Assembly: GCA_937625935.1 (NCBI GenBank)
Contig: OW569360.1
Location: 310,001 to 374,000, forward strand
DNA: 64,000 nt
Source: Tetramitus jugosus
Lineage: Eukaryota > Protista > Heterolobosea
Reading direction: 5' to 3'
The position numbers were made by a program, and so were the translations under genes. The notes under the pieces were generated by a model. The model was not told the DNA's origin. It saw only the letters and a list, made by a program, of their open reading frames with translations, and made no database searches. Positions 18,313 through 28,909 of this stretch are shown in pieces. Numbering within the stretch: the stretch's first letter is position 1; every line of letters begins with the position of its first letter.

Positions 18313-21300
18313 ATGGTAGTGTTGAGAGGAAAGAGAGCGAGAAGCTATGTGGAGGATTCAGGCTCTGACACGAACCAGAGTGACGATGACGGTGATGCAT
18401 ATGTGTGCAACCAAAATTTGTCATCGGACGATGATGAAGATGAATTGACACATGATCGAGATGAAGCAGAAGTCCTTCCATTGCCAACGGATGATGAAGA
18501 AAGTTTGAAACCAAAGAGAAAGATCAAAAGAACAAGTACGGCAACTGAGAAAAAGGCACCTCTGCCTAAAAGCACAAAAGCCAAGGCAACTGCAACACGC
18601 GCTACCAGGACTAGCAGTCAAGTTTCAAAGGGTCCAGCAAAGATGAAGCAGCAAACATTGCTATCGATTGTCAAAAGACAGAAAACGAGTGATGTAACCA
18701 AGGAGGAACCAATGTCTGATGGCGAAGAAGTGAAAACGAAGAGTCGGGCGAGTACGAGCTCTGCTCCTCCTGAGCCTAAGAAGCTAAAGCAAGAGGAGAG
18801 CAAATCAAGTTCAGATTATTCATCAAATACCAAGTATGCGTGGCTGTATAACACGTGTGATGCATACGGAGTTCCTCACTCTGATCCGAATTCTGATCCA
18901 ACGACAGTCACTGTGCCCGCTAGTGCCTATCGGAATATGAAGGATTTTGAGAAACAGTATTGGGATATTAAGAAGAAATATTTTGATGTCGTTCTATTGA
19001 CAAAGAGTGGAACGTTTTATGAAATGTATCAAACAGATGCGCTCATAGGAGGAGAGGTTCTGGATTTTGTCGTAAAGGAGTTTGCCGGGATGCTGCGAGC
19101 TGGATTTTATGAAACAGCGTTTCTAGAAAAGGCAGCAGTATTGCTTCAACATGGGTACAAGGTTGGTCGAGTTGAACAGACCGAAAAACGAAAATCTGGT
19201 AGTGGTGCTGGATTAGTGAATCGCGAATTGGTACAGATTCTTACAGACGCAACATTGATGGATGATGAGATGATTGGAGGATACAGTAGTAAGATATTGT
19301 TGGCAATCAAGGAAGATGAAACAAAAGAGTTCGTAGGTGTCGCGTTTAGTGATGCAAGTACTGCTACTGTTTATGTGAGCTATATTCGCTTAGAAGAGTT
19401 AGAAGCCCTCCTCTATCAAGTCGCCCCTATATCTGTACTGTGTGAGCATCAAGGTGTCTCCAAGGAGCTTGTCAAATTAATGAATCAAAAAACAAACAAG
19501 AAACTAATTTATCGAAGGAGTCACAGTAGCTTTAGTGTGGATGAAACAAGAGAGAGAATCGAGCAAGTATTCTCAGATTCTGTACCCGAATCGCTGACAT
19601 CTTACACGTCAAATGATACTACAATGGGTGCTCTCGGTGTTTTGCTGGGCTATTTGAAGTATCTATTAGTTGATGAAACAATCCTATCCTCGAAGAACAT
19701 TATCCCATTTGAGAATACGACATTGCTAACAAGAGCGAAAAGAATGGTAATTGATGGACAGAGTCTTAATAATTTAGAAGTGCTAAGAAACGTACATAAC
19801 AATCAACGAGGAACCTTAGTAGAGTTTATGAACCGAGCTGTAACATCACAAGGAAAACGTTTGTTTGAAAGGTGGTTATGTTCTCCGTTGGTTCAAATTC
19901 CAGATATCGAGAACAGATTAGCGTGCATCGAGGACTTGCATCACTCTTCGGAAGTTGATGCTATTCGATCACTGCTTTCTAGAGTACCTGACCTCGAACG
20001 AATGTTATCTAAAATTCATTATGAAGCAACAGTTAAAAAGGATGCAATTATGTACGATCCCAAGATTGAGCAGAGAAAAGTACAGTTGCTTTTGAGAACA
20101 ATGAGCGGTTTTAAGAAACTAGAGAGTGTCTCTGATAAGCTCGATGAGATATCAGAGCAGTTTCAATCATCAAAAATGAAACAACTAGTTCAGGACTTGG
20201 TAGAGGCGTGCCAACTCATAGGTTCGTTTGAAAAGGCATTTGATCATGAAAAAGCAGTATCAGAAGGTAAAATATATCCCAATAGAGGTGCGAATGCAGA
20301 GTACGATGTCATATCAGACAAAATTAGCGGTATCATTGAGACATTCACCAATGAGTTAGAAGAATTGAAGTCGAAATGCAAAGCAGCCAAGCACGTTGAC
20401 AGTCGGAAAGATATTTATTTGATCGAAGTGCCAAAGAATACCAAGGTGCCTAAAGATTTTCAACTGGTGAGTGAAACCAAACAAGTGTCTCGCTATTACT
20501 CACCACTGATCAAAAGCAAGCTAAAGGATCTAAAAGAACTACTCACAGAAAGGACAGAAAAGCTAGAAGTGCAAACCAAGTTGATGTTACAGAAATTTGA
20601 TTCATATCATCAAGTCTGGAGAAAAGCTGTTGACATTGGCGCAGAAATTGATTGCTTAATTAGTCTCTGTTCTATATCCTTTACGTCTCACCTGTCAATG
20701 ACACGTCCAACATTTGTGTCTGATTCTAAGCACCCTGTGTTCGATCTCAAGCAAATGACTCACCCATGTATTCGCTCTGATCAACCTGTTCCCAATGATA
20801 CGATCCTCGGAGGTCCAAACAATTCCTCTACAATCATAGTGACTGGAGGCAATATGGCGGGCAAAAGCTCATTGTTGAGGCAGAATTGCGTGGCGATTAT
20901 CATGGCTCAGATGGGATGCTACGTCCCAGCTCAGCGCTTCACACTCACACCAGTTGACAGAATATTCACTCGTATTGGAGCCAATGACAAAATTATGGCT
21001 GGAGAGTCGACTTTCATGGTAGAAATGAATGAGACTGCCAATATTCTGCGCAATGCCACAGACAAGAGTTTTGTTATTTTAGATGAAATGGGTCGTGGTA
21101 CTTGCACATTTGATGGAATTTCCATCGCTTTCAGTGTGATTAAGTATCTGGCCGAGAAGGTTCGATGTCGAATGCTATTTAGCACTCACTATTCAGATTT
21201 AGCTGAAGAACTGAAGAATCATCCTCTAATAGATGCCTACCAAATGTCTTTCGTTGAAGTTTCAGATGCTAGAGACGGGCAACGAATCATTTTCACATAT

Positions 21301-21603
21301 CAGTTTGTACCAGGTGTTTGTTCGAAGAGCTATGGTATGAACGTTGGTAGGGCTGCTGGTATTCATCCACACATCATCCAGAGAGCAGAGTATTGGGCTG
21401 ACCAATACCAGAAACAACTAATGGCATTTCAAGAGAGCAAGCACACGAAGAATCCATCTCTCTCTACTCCTCAAACAGCACTGTTTGCTGAATTGTTCAA
21501 TCTGATCACGACTAAGACAGACTCAACTGATCGTTCCCAAATCAGAAACCTTCAAGCATCTATCCTCAACTATTACTGTTCCTCCTTTTCTAACTCGCAA
21601 TAA
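18313..21603 (+). CDS. MSH6: DNA mismatch repair protein MSH6
   Basis: FEKQYWDIK..KSGTFYEMY mismatch-binding motif; TGGNMAGKSS Walker A; DRIFTRIGA, ESTFMVE, ILDEMGRGT, FSTHY. Confidence 0.95.
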   Translation: MVVLRGKRARSYVEDSGSDTNQSDDDGDAYVCNQNLSSDDDEDELTHDRDEAEVLPLPTDDEESLKPKRKIKRTSTATEKKAPLPKSTKAKATATRATRTSSQVSKGPAKMKQQTLLSIVKRQKTSDVTKEEPMSDGEEVKTKSRASTSSAPPEPKKLKQEESKSSSDYSSNTKYAWLYNTCDAYGVPHSDPNSDPTTVTVPASAYRNMKDFEKQYWDIKKKYFDVVLLTKSGTFYEMYQTDALIGGEVLDFVVKEFAGMLRAGFYETAFLEKAAVLLQHGYKVGRVEQTEKRKSGSGAGLVNRELVQILTDATLMDDEMIGGYSSKILLAIKEDETKEFVGVAFSDASTATVYVSYIRLEELEALLYQVAPISVLCEHQGVSKELVKLMNQKTNKKLIYRRSHSSFSVDETRERIEQVFSDSVPESLTSYTSNDTTMGALGVLLGYLKYLLVDETILSSKNIIPFENTTLLTRAKRMVIDGQSLNNLEVLRNVHNNQRGTLVEFMNRAVTSQGKRLFERWLCSPLVQIPDIENRLACIEDLHHSSEVDAIRSLLSRVPDLERMLSKIHYEATVKKDAIMYDPKIEQRKVQLLLRTMSGFKKLESVSDKLDEISEQFQSSKMKQLVQDLVEACQLIGSFEKAFDHEKAVSEGKIYPNRGANAEYDVISDKISGIIETFTNELEELKSKCKAAKHVDSRKDIYLIEVPKNTKVPKDFQLVSETKQVSRYYSPLIKSKLKDLKELLTERTEKLEVQTKLMLQKFDSYHQVWRKAVDIGAEIDCLISLCSISFTSHLSMTRPTFVSDSKHPVFDLKQMTHPCIRSDQPVPNDTILGGPNNSSTIIVTGGNMAGKSSLLRQNCVAIIMAQMGCYVPAQRFTLTPVDRIFTRIGANDKIMAGESTFMVEMNETANILRNATDKSFVILDEMGRGTCTFDGISIAFSVIKYLAEKVRCRMLFSTHYSDLAEELKNHPLIDAYQMSFVEVSDARDGQRIIFTYQFVPGVCSKSYGMNVGRAAGIHPHIIQRAEYWADQYQKQLMAFQESKHTKNPSLSTPQTALFAELFNLITTKTDSTDRSQIRNLQASILNYYCSSFSNSQ

Positions 21604-21696
21604 ATTATTTATATGACTAAAACGCGGATAACAAACTAAATAATCATGCTTGTGATATAAGACCTAATCCCAGGAAGAACATTTTTAAGGTGTATA

Positions 21697-22674
21697 TTAC
21701 CGATGTTTGAAATTAATCGTCCTGGACTCGGAGCAATCAGATATCATGTCTCGCGGATTCAACTTCCAATGGTCTTCGATCAGTTTCAAATTAGATCGAG
21801 CAACTTCAAGATATTCGCTATAGCATGAAAGGCCATCTGGATAGGATTGTATGAGCTCTATTGCCCTTAACAAATCCCGGTGAGTGCTTGCAGTACTAAT
21901 CGGAAAGAGTATGGCAGTTTCTATCAACAGAACCGGTGTCCATAAGGAATCTCCCTTCAACAATGCCTTTTGGTAAATGCCTTTGGTAAGTATTCTTTGT
22001 GCATAGTACATTTCTATAACCTTGGCAAGAGCAATTAACTCTGGAGCTGAGAAATCTTCTGAATAAATTGACACCAAAGAAAGGAGTTTCTCACAATCTA
22101 TTTGCCTTCTAGGTGTGAAGACGAACCTGATTATTCCATGTACTCCGAGAAGAAACACAGCCAAATAGGTCCCAAGAATCTCACAACTGGAAATAAATGG
22201 AGTCTTCCACGTTATAGCCATTCGCTCTGGAAGCAACAAACTTATCAGAGCAAGAGAAGACGTAAAAGGCAAGAGCGTTAAAGTACCAGCGCTATGGATC
22301 ATCGCCACACATAGTGCAACAGCGCCAAAGCGAACGGATTTTCCACTATCGGACTCAACCTTAATTAATTTGTCAAGTGCGGTGGGTAGGATTGTTGAAC
22401 GTAACTCAGATTCCAACAAGTTCACTTTCGGATAGATCAACGAGTCACTCCAGGAAATATCTTGTTTCTTCTTTCTCAATTGTCGAATACTCATATTCTT
22501 ATCGAACCTTGACTCTAGCCATTTCTCAAACCCAGACACCTTGAAAGAGGTGTTCTCAGTCAGAGTGAACGATTGAAGCCTTTTGGCGCGAATTTGAGAA
22601 GCAAAAAATCTCTGATTTACGAGTGCAACTTTTGGGATCAAAGGATATCGTTTGACAATAATGGCAGCTCGCAT
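21697..22674 (-). CDS. Hypothetical membrane protein, possible mitochondrial presequence
   Basis: 325-aa ORF; Arg/Lys-rich N-terminus; two hydrophobic segments. Confidence 0.55.
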   Translation of the reverse strand: MRAAIIVKRYPLIPKVALVNQRFFASQIRAKRLQSFTLTENTSFKVSGFEKWLESRFDKNMSIRQLRKKKQDISWSDSLIYPKVNLLESELRSTILPTALDKLIKVESDSGKSVRFGAVALCVAMIHSAGTLTLLPFTSSLALISLLLPERMAITWKTPFISSCEILGTYLAVFLLGVHGIIRFVFTPRRQIDCEKLLSLVSIYSEDFSAPELIALAKVIEMYYAQRILTKGIYQKALLKGDSLWTPVLLIETAILFPISTASTHRDLLRAIELIQSYPDGLSCYSEYLEVARSNLKLIEDHWKLNPRDMISDCSESRTINFKHR

Positions 22675-22797
22675 GTTATTGACTCGATGTTGTTATCTTT
22701 CTTGTGGAAATGTTAGTATCGCCAGTATGTTTTTCCGTAACACTCCTCCTTGGTCAGCGGAAATAATTGTTCGGCCAAAATATGGCAGTTGAAGGAC

Positions 22798-23472
22798 ATG
22801 AATACCCCGCGACTGCAAGAGAAGAAGTCCTGTGTGCAAATGAATCAACAACCACCCGTGTTCGTTATGAACCGCGTTAGTGTTCAACAATTCGAAGAAG
22901 AAGCAAGAACGTTCACTCTTGAGCAACTTGAACGTGCTGGTCTATTGGAAGCTCATCTAGCGGCACTCTCTCCACCTCCACCGCCTCTACCGAGGTGGCA
23001 TTGGTGGTTCAACATTGCTGTTCAGGGTTTCAACCACTTTATCACTCTATTGGTCCTGCCAGTGAGGTTGATATGGGCATTGTTCTTGGTTGTCGGGCAA
23101 GTTGTGTCACATATCATCGCAATAGTAGCTTATTGTGTGTCGGCTCTGATTAACCTTGTTGTGCGAGTACTGACTCACCCAGTTGTGATCTTTTTGCTGG
23201 TGTACACCTTCGTACTTTACCAAAATGATGGACCAGACTCCCCAACCACCAATATTGCGAGACATGTTGATCCGGTAGTGCCATATCAAATACCACATTT
23301 TGAGATCAAACATTACCATTACTTTGAAGAACCAGAGAGTTATGACGATGATTATTATGAAGAACCGTCATTGTATGTACAACCAACCCAGCAGAATTAT
23401 CATGTTGGTCCGAGAGGAGGTGTCTACTATTATAACAAAAATGGGAACAAACAATATGTCAAGAGGAGGTGA
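22798..23472 (+). CDS. Membrane protein with C-terminal GPRGG-YY motif (PBCV basic-adaptor-like)
   Basis: Long hydrophobic core; C-terminus HVGPRGGVYYYNKNGNKQYVKRR. Confidence 0.6.
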   Translation: MNTPRLQEKKSCVQMNQQPPVFVMNRVSVQQFEEEARTFTLEQLERAGLLEAHLAALSPPPPPLPRWHWWFNIAVQGFNHFITLLVLPVRLIWALFLVVGQVVSHIIAIVAYCVSALINLVVRVLTHPVVIFLLVYTFVLYQNDGPDSPTTNIARHVDPVVPYQIPHFEIKHYHYFEEPESYDDDYYEEPSLYVQPTQQNYHVGPRGGVYYYNKNGNKQYVKRR

Positions 23473-23935
23473 GAAACCATTTATTGTACGACAAAGAGTA
23501 AACAGAAACTCTCTTGTCTTAACACTGAGGTATTGTTATCTACTGTTCATCAAACTCCTTCAAATTCATTTCTTCTAGCGAAGCTTTTACCTTAATACGA
23601 GCCAAAAGATGATTCAGTTGATCCTCTCCAGAAAGTCTGAAGCTGTCTGCTCTATTCTGCAGTAAAATCATGCTCATATCTCCAATCTTCTTCATCTGTG
23701 TCTTTGTTTTTCTTCTTCGTTAAATCTGTTGGTCATAAGGAACACCATAAGTTTTGAGCCAATTTTGTTTCTTTTTGCTTTCTCTTCTGGTGCTAACTCT
23801 ACCCTAAACTCCATCGTTCTTATTGGAGCAAGAGAAATTAAGTTATGGGTTTTTCTCATTGTGGGTACGCGCAAACTTTGACAATAGAAATCCACTTTAG
23901 TTTCTGGCGAACTTGTGCTATTGGCGTGAAATTAA

Positions 23936-25211
23936 TCACACCAGATCACGTTGTTTTCTCATCCCTTTCAGAGATATTGAGTGGTGTTCACAATACTCAA
24001 GTACCTTGACTACGAAAGTATGGTCTCGTCCGTTGTTGTACCAACTGAGTCCGCGAGTGCCCTTCAAAGAAACTAATGCTCTCTCTGAGATCGATTCTTG
24101 ACTGCAGCCATTCATATAGAGTGTATGAACACCAGACAAATGAGGAAACGCATTGTCGGTGATTTGAAGGCAATAACTCATATCAAGTGTGTGAATGCCA
24201 GTCAAATATGAAAATGCATCATCCGTGACATTCTTACAACCAATCATAATGAGAGTGTGAATTCCCTTCAAATAAGAAAATGAGTTATCAGTGATTTGAT
24301 TGCAACCACTCATATTGAGAGTGTGAATGCCAGTCAAGTAAGAAAATCCCTCCTCCGTGATATTCTTGCAACCACTAATACGGAGCGTGTGAATGCCAAT
24401 CAAATGAGGAAACGCACGATCTGTGATTTGATGACAATCAGTCATATCAAGTACTTGAATGCCTGTTAAATGAACGAATGCTCGATCGGTAATTTGATTA
24501 CAATACCTCATACTAAGGGTGTGAATTCCAGTCAAATACCCAAAAGCCTGATCTGTGATCCGTTTGCACGATGTAATATCAAGCGTATGAATGCCAGTCA
24601 AATGACGAAATGCATTGTCTGAAATTTGATTACAATAACTCATTCCGAGTGTGTGAATACCAGTCAAATGTGAAAAGGCCTGATCTGTGATTCGAATACA
24701 AGATCTCATCTCGAGTGTGAATACCAATCAACTGCGAAAAGGCTTCATCCCTTATATGGTCACAAGATATCATTTCAAGCGTGTGAATGCCAGTCAAGTA
24801 AGAAAATCCCTCCTCCGTGATATTCCTGCAACCACTAATACGGAGCGTGTGAATGCCAACCAAATGAGGAAATGCACGATCTGTGATTTGATAGCAGTAA
24901 CTCATATCAAGTGTGTGAATACTACCTTTGAAAAACTGGAAATGCTCATCCGTCACATAAGGACTTCTGTACAAGTTAACATTGAACAGTGTGCCCTTCG
25001 CCAGCTTAAACAACTGCTCAATCTCTACAGGCTCCATATCGTGTTTGAGTGTCATGCTCTTGTTGGACATGAGAAGTCGATTGAATTTAAATTGATTGAG
25101 CCCTTTGCAAGTGTAACTCAATCGCATCCATTCTCGAGTGTCACAAAACTCGATCACTTTTGACCATGCATCCTTGCAAAGTTCAGAACAAATTTCAATG
25201 CTCACTTCCAT
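23936..25211 (-). pseudogene. F-box-like + 22-aa LRR (IHTLxMSxCxxITDxAFxxLxG) gene with a 2-bp frameshift near 24716
   Basis: Two consecutive ORFs in different frames; ATTCACACTC where sister repeats have ATTCACACAC; internal duplicate offset 460 = 7x66 - 2. Confidence 0.8.
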
Positions 25212-25573
25212 TGTTTCTCTTTCACACTTGATTGCATGCTATTGGATTTGTTTCGCGATTTTTCGTTCCACAGAATTGTGATCAGTTCTGAATCCCTCGT
25301 TCAAGAACATTACAAAACCAGTTGGGGCGAACTACAACTAAGTTTCTCCACAGAATACAACAATCATCCTGTTGAAACCTCCGATCATGCGTCGGTTTTA
25401 GGAACATTTCACACCTCAGGAAAAATGAGAAAGCGGACAAGCTTTTGTGCGCAAATATCCTTGATCTGACGGATAGAGAGATATAAATTGAAATTTGCTT
25501 GGGATCAATCCTAGTCCTCACACAAAATTCAAAAACAACACACCACATAAAGAACACCCATACTCTGTAAACC

Positions 25574-26626
25574 ATGTCTGAAGTATCCAATAAAGCTGTC
25601 ATTCTCGTCAGTAGACCAAAAGGACCCATCTCTGAAGACAACTTCAAGATTGACAATCTCCCTTACCCAAAAATCTCCAATCCATCCAAGGAACTCATTG
25701 TCAAATTGCTCCAATGCTCTGTCGATCCATACATGAGAGGACGTATGAAGGAAGGCAAGAGCTACGTGCCTCCATTCGAGCTGAACAAGCCAATTGATGG
25801 TTACGCCATTCTTCAAGTGATCGAAGCCAGTGAGCAAGGAAATGAAACTGGTTTTAAGAAGGGAGATCTAGTGACTGGTGTTGTGCCATTCCAAGAGTAC
25901 GGTTTGATCAATGTCGATCAAACTCAAGTGTTTCCTTTGCATGAGACATTGACCACTGGAAAATTGCCACTTTCCTATGGATTGAGTGCATTAGGCATGC
26001 CTGGAATGACTGCTTGGGTCGGTTTCAATCATCTTGCTGAACCAAAGGCTGGTGAGACTGTTCTCGTGTCCGCTGCTGCTGGTGCTGTTGGTTCCATGGT
26101 TGGTCAACTCGCAAAGATTAAAAAGTGTCATGTGGTTGGTGTCGCTGGATCCGATGACAAGGTGAAATACATTTGTGAAAAGCTTGGATTCGATCACGGT
26201 TTCAACTACAAGACAACGAGCTACGAAAAGGGAATTGAAAAGTTCTGTCCAAATGGTATCGACATTTACTTTGATAATGTTGGAGGAGATGCTCTGGATC
26301 AAGCTATCATTCATTTGAACAAGTTTGGAAGAATCACTCTCTGCGGTGCAATCTCTGAATATAATCGTGAGACTCCTTCTCAGGGACCAAGACTGTCATT
26401 CTTGCTTGTCGGAAAAGGTGCTAAAATGCAAGGATTCATTGTATCATACTATCAACACCTGTACCCACAAGCTGCAGATGAGATGGCCAAGTGGTTGCTA
26501 TCTGGAGAACTCAAGATTGACGAGACTGAACATCATGGAATTGATAGTGTCCCACGAGCATTTATTGGACTCATGGAGGGTGAGAACATCGGTAAAATGA
26601 TCGTGAAAATTGCCCCCAAACAGTAA
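25574..26626 (+). CDS. PTGR: NADP-dependent alkenal/prostaglandin reductase (MDR family)
   Basis: SVDPYMRGRM, LGMPGMTAW, VSAAAGAVGS, YFDNVGG, CGAISEYN, GENIGKMIV. Confidence 0.93.
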   Translation: MSEVSNKAVILVSRPKGPISEDNFKIDNLPYPKISNPSKELIVKLLQCSVDPYMRGRMKEGKSYVPPFELNKPIDGYAILQVIEASEQGNETGFKKGDLVTGVVPFQEYGLINVDQTQVFPLHETLTTGKLPLSYGLSALGMPGMTAWVGFNHLAEPKAGETVLVSAAAGAVGSMVGQLAKIKKCHVVGVAGSDDKVKYICEKLGFDHGFNYKTTSYEKGIEKFCPNGIDIYFDNVGGDALDQAIIHLNKFGRITLCGAISEYNRETPSQGPRLSFLLVGKGAKMQGFIVSYYQHLYPQAADEMAKWLLSGELKIDETEHHGIDSVPRAFIGLMEGENIGKMIVKIAPKQ

Positions 26627-26740
26627 ACGTTTTACGATTCGGAGGTACCGGTTGGGCGCTTGAAGAAATGAGGAAATCTCCTCGTGAATAAAGAAACAAG
26701 CTAAAATCAATTATCAGCGAGCGAATCCTAGTAACAAAAG

Positions 26741-27105
26741 ATGGTTAATACTTGGAGTGATGGTCTGTGTTCTTGTGCTTCCCCTGAAGCTTGCATCAAA
26801 TCCTTCATCTGTGCTCCCATTTTCCTGAGCATTGAAAAGGGAGGGTGGGATGGAACAAACTGTTTGATGAACTGCTTAACGTTCAATCCAATTCAATTGA
26901 GACATCAAGTCCGTACTATCCATGGAATTGAAGGGTCTTGCATTGGTGATTGTTTGATCGCTTACTTTTGGTATGTAACTTCTCAATTGCTCCCGTTGTC
27001 GTTCTGGTTTACTCACACTGCCTTGTGAATAAAAGTGCACCATGTTCTATGGCTCAAGTAATGCGTACTATGCAGGCTCACGGTCCTGTGTCGAAGCACA
27101 TGTAA
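26741..27105 (+). CDS. PLAC8/cornifelin family Cys-rich protein; exons 26741-26970, 27036-27105
   Basis: WSDGLCSC..RHQVRTIHGIEGSCIGDC..FCAPCSMAQ after splicing a GTATGT..AG intron. Confidence 0.85.
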
Positions 27106-27149
27106 CAAGAGTTTACAATAAATATTGGCACAATTTATCTGACAGATAC

Positions 27150-28751
27150 TCACAACTTGACATAAATCTTCTTACGGTGCAAGTATGCAGCCAATGGCAG
27201 CCAAATAGCCTCAAACAAAACTGCAAATATCAAAGATGCAAAACGGCTATCCTTAATCCAAGAGTGCAAACAAGCACTGTAAAACCACGAATACAATGAA
27301 ATTCTTCTGTGATGCCAATAGGCTGGAATCTTCAACATGATGGAAACTGCGAGATTTGGGAGAACGTACATGAGTAATGGATTACTGCCTACCCATAGGA
27401 AGGGCTGAATCCAATACTTGTCATACTTTTTCACATCGACCACAAATGTGATGACACTGAGCATTGCACCAGCAATAGCAGGTGTCAAAATGGCAAAACT
27501 AGTGGACCATATGTGCTTATTGAAAGGGAAGTATGGCTCAATAGCAAACGCAATTGCAAAGAAGACTGAACTTGCCAACAACCAATGAGTCATTTGTCTG
27601 TAGAGCTTGCCTTGGAATGATTCGCCCTTGGAAGCACCCATTTGTGACACCTTGAAATAGAGAACTCCCATGTAGGTGGTCATAATGGCAGGTAGAGTGC
27701 TCAAGAAACCCTCTGGATCATAGATACCCTTTCTGTAAATGTTGTTTCGATGAAGTATCCTCTGATCGAAAAAGGCCTGTGCCGTACAAGCTTCATCATA
27801 GATATCTCCTCTAGTGGAACAGCCTGCGACCTTGACACCAAACGTAGCACCCAAATAAATGGCTTGAAGTGCCAAAATCATCACGATCTGCACGCTAGTC
27901 CACTTGACAAGACAAACAAGACAGCAAACCATAAAGTAACAAATACCGATTCTCTGCATCACACCCATGACTCTAATATTCCATGGATCAGTAATATGAG
28001 CCAACAGAGAAAACAACAGACCAATCGCAAACAACATGCAAGATCTTCGCAAAATCTTCAACCACAACCAAACTTCATCATACACGTGCTTCTTCATCGG
28101 AAGAATCCAACAAAACTTGATTCTTCGTGTATCATTCTCCTCTCTACTCTTCTTCACTTGTTTCTCTCTGTCCACATGCACGTTTCGAAACGTAATACCA
28201 ATTGCATAACCCGATATAAACAAAAAGAAGGGAAACACACAGTCAGTCGGAGTAAATCCATTCCAATCCGCATGTTCAAATGGCCACCATGTAGCAGCAG
28301 GTTGATTGTTCACAACAATCATGAGCATCACTGTCATTCCTCTCAAGATATCCAATGACAGCATTCTCTGAGCAGTCGTAGGAGCAGCCATCGGAGTTAT
28401 TTTGGATTGGGCGGGCAAAAGAGACAATTTCTCATTGTCATCCTCATTGGTGGTAGTTGCCTCTTGATAAAGATTGATCACATTACTGTTGCTCTCCACA
28501 ACAACATCAACCGCAAAATCTTGGTGCTGTTGTTGTTGACTTTCAGTGCCATTATCTCCATTCGAGAGGGGTGAAGTGGTGGATGTGTTGGTGCCAATGT
28601 ATTGCTGTTGAGATAACATTGTCGTAGTGTTGGTTAAGCTGGGTTTGGCGTGTGACCTCTCTTCTTGTTGGATGATTTGCTTACAAATTCGCTCGTGTGA
28701 ATGTCGTGTCGTCATCCCTGTTGAGTGTTTTCGACTGGATAACTCCGTCAT
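27150..28751 (-). CDS. HGSNAT: Heparan-alpha-glucosaminide N-acetyltransferase-like membrane protein (start 28751 or 28619)
   Basis: RMLSLDILRGMTVMLMIVVN, HADWNGFTPTDCVFPFFLF, GVMQRI, DPEGFLSTL, NKHIWSTSF. Confidence 0.9.
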   Translation of the reverse strand: MTELSSRKHSTGMTTRHSHERICKQIIQQEERSHAKPSLTNTTTMLSQQQYIGTNTSTTSPLSNGDNGTESQQQQHQDFAVDVVVESNSNVINLYQEATTTNEDDNEKLSLLPAQSKITPMAAPTTAQRMLSLDILRGMTVMLMIVVNNQPAATWWPFEHADWNGFTPTDCVFPFFLFISGYAIGITFRNVHVDREKQVKKSREENDTRRIKFCWILPMKKHVYDEVWLWLKILRRSCMLFAIGLLFSLLAHITDPWNIRVMGVMQRIGICYFMVCCLVCLVKWTSVQIVMILALQAIYLGATFGVKVAGCSTRGDIYDEACTAQAFFDQRILHRNNIYRKGIYDPEGFLSTLPAIMTTYMGVLYFKVSQMGASKGESFQGKLYRQMTHWLLASSVFFAIAFAIEPYFPFNKHIWSTSFAILTPAIAGAMLSVITFVVDVKKYDKYWIQPFLWVGSNPLLMYVLPNLAVSIMLKIPAYWHHRRISLYSWFYSACLHSWIKDSRFASLIFAVLFEAIWLPLAAYLHRKKIYVKL

Positions 28752-28909
28752 TGAGAGAAACTCCTTCAACAACTTCCACTGATTTCATGAACCTGTCGTC
28801 AACAAGAAACAAAACTCCGTTTTGAAATGCGCAATTCGAAAAACACAAAAAATCGAACAAAACAAAAAAATCAAAGCGAACAAGAAAAAAAAACCAGATT
28901 ATAAAAAAA

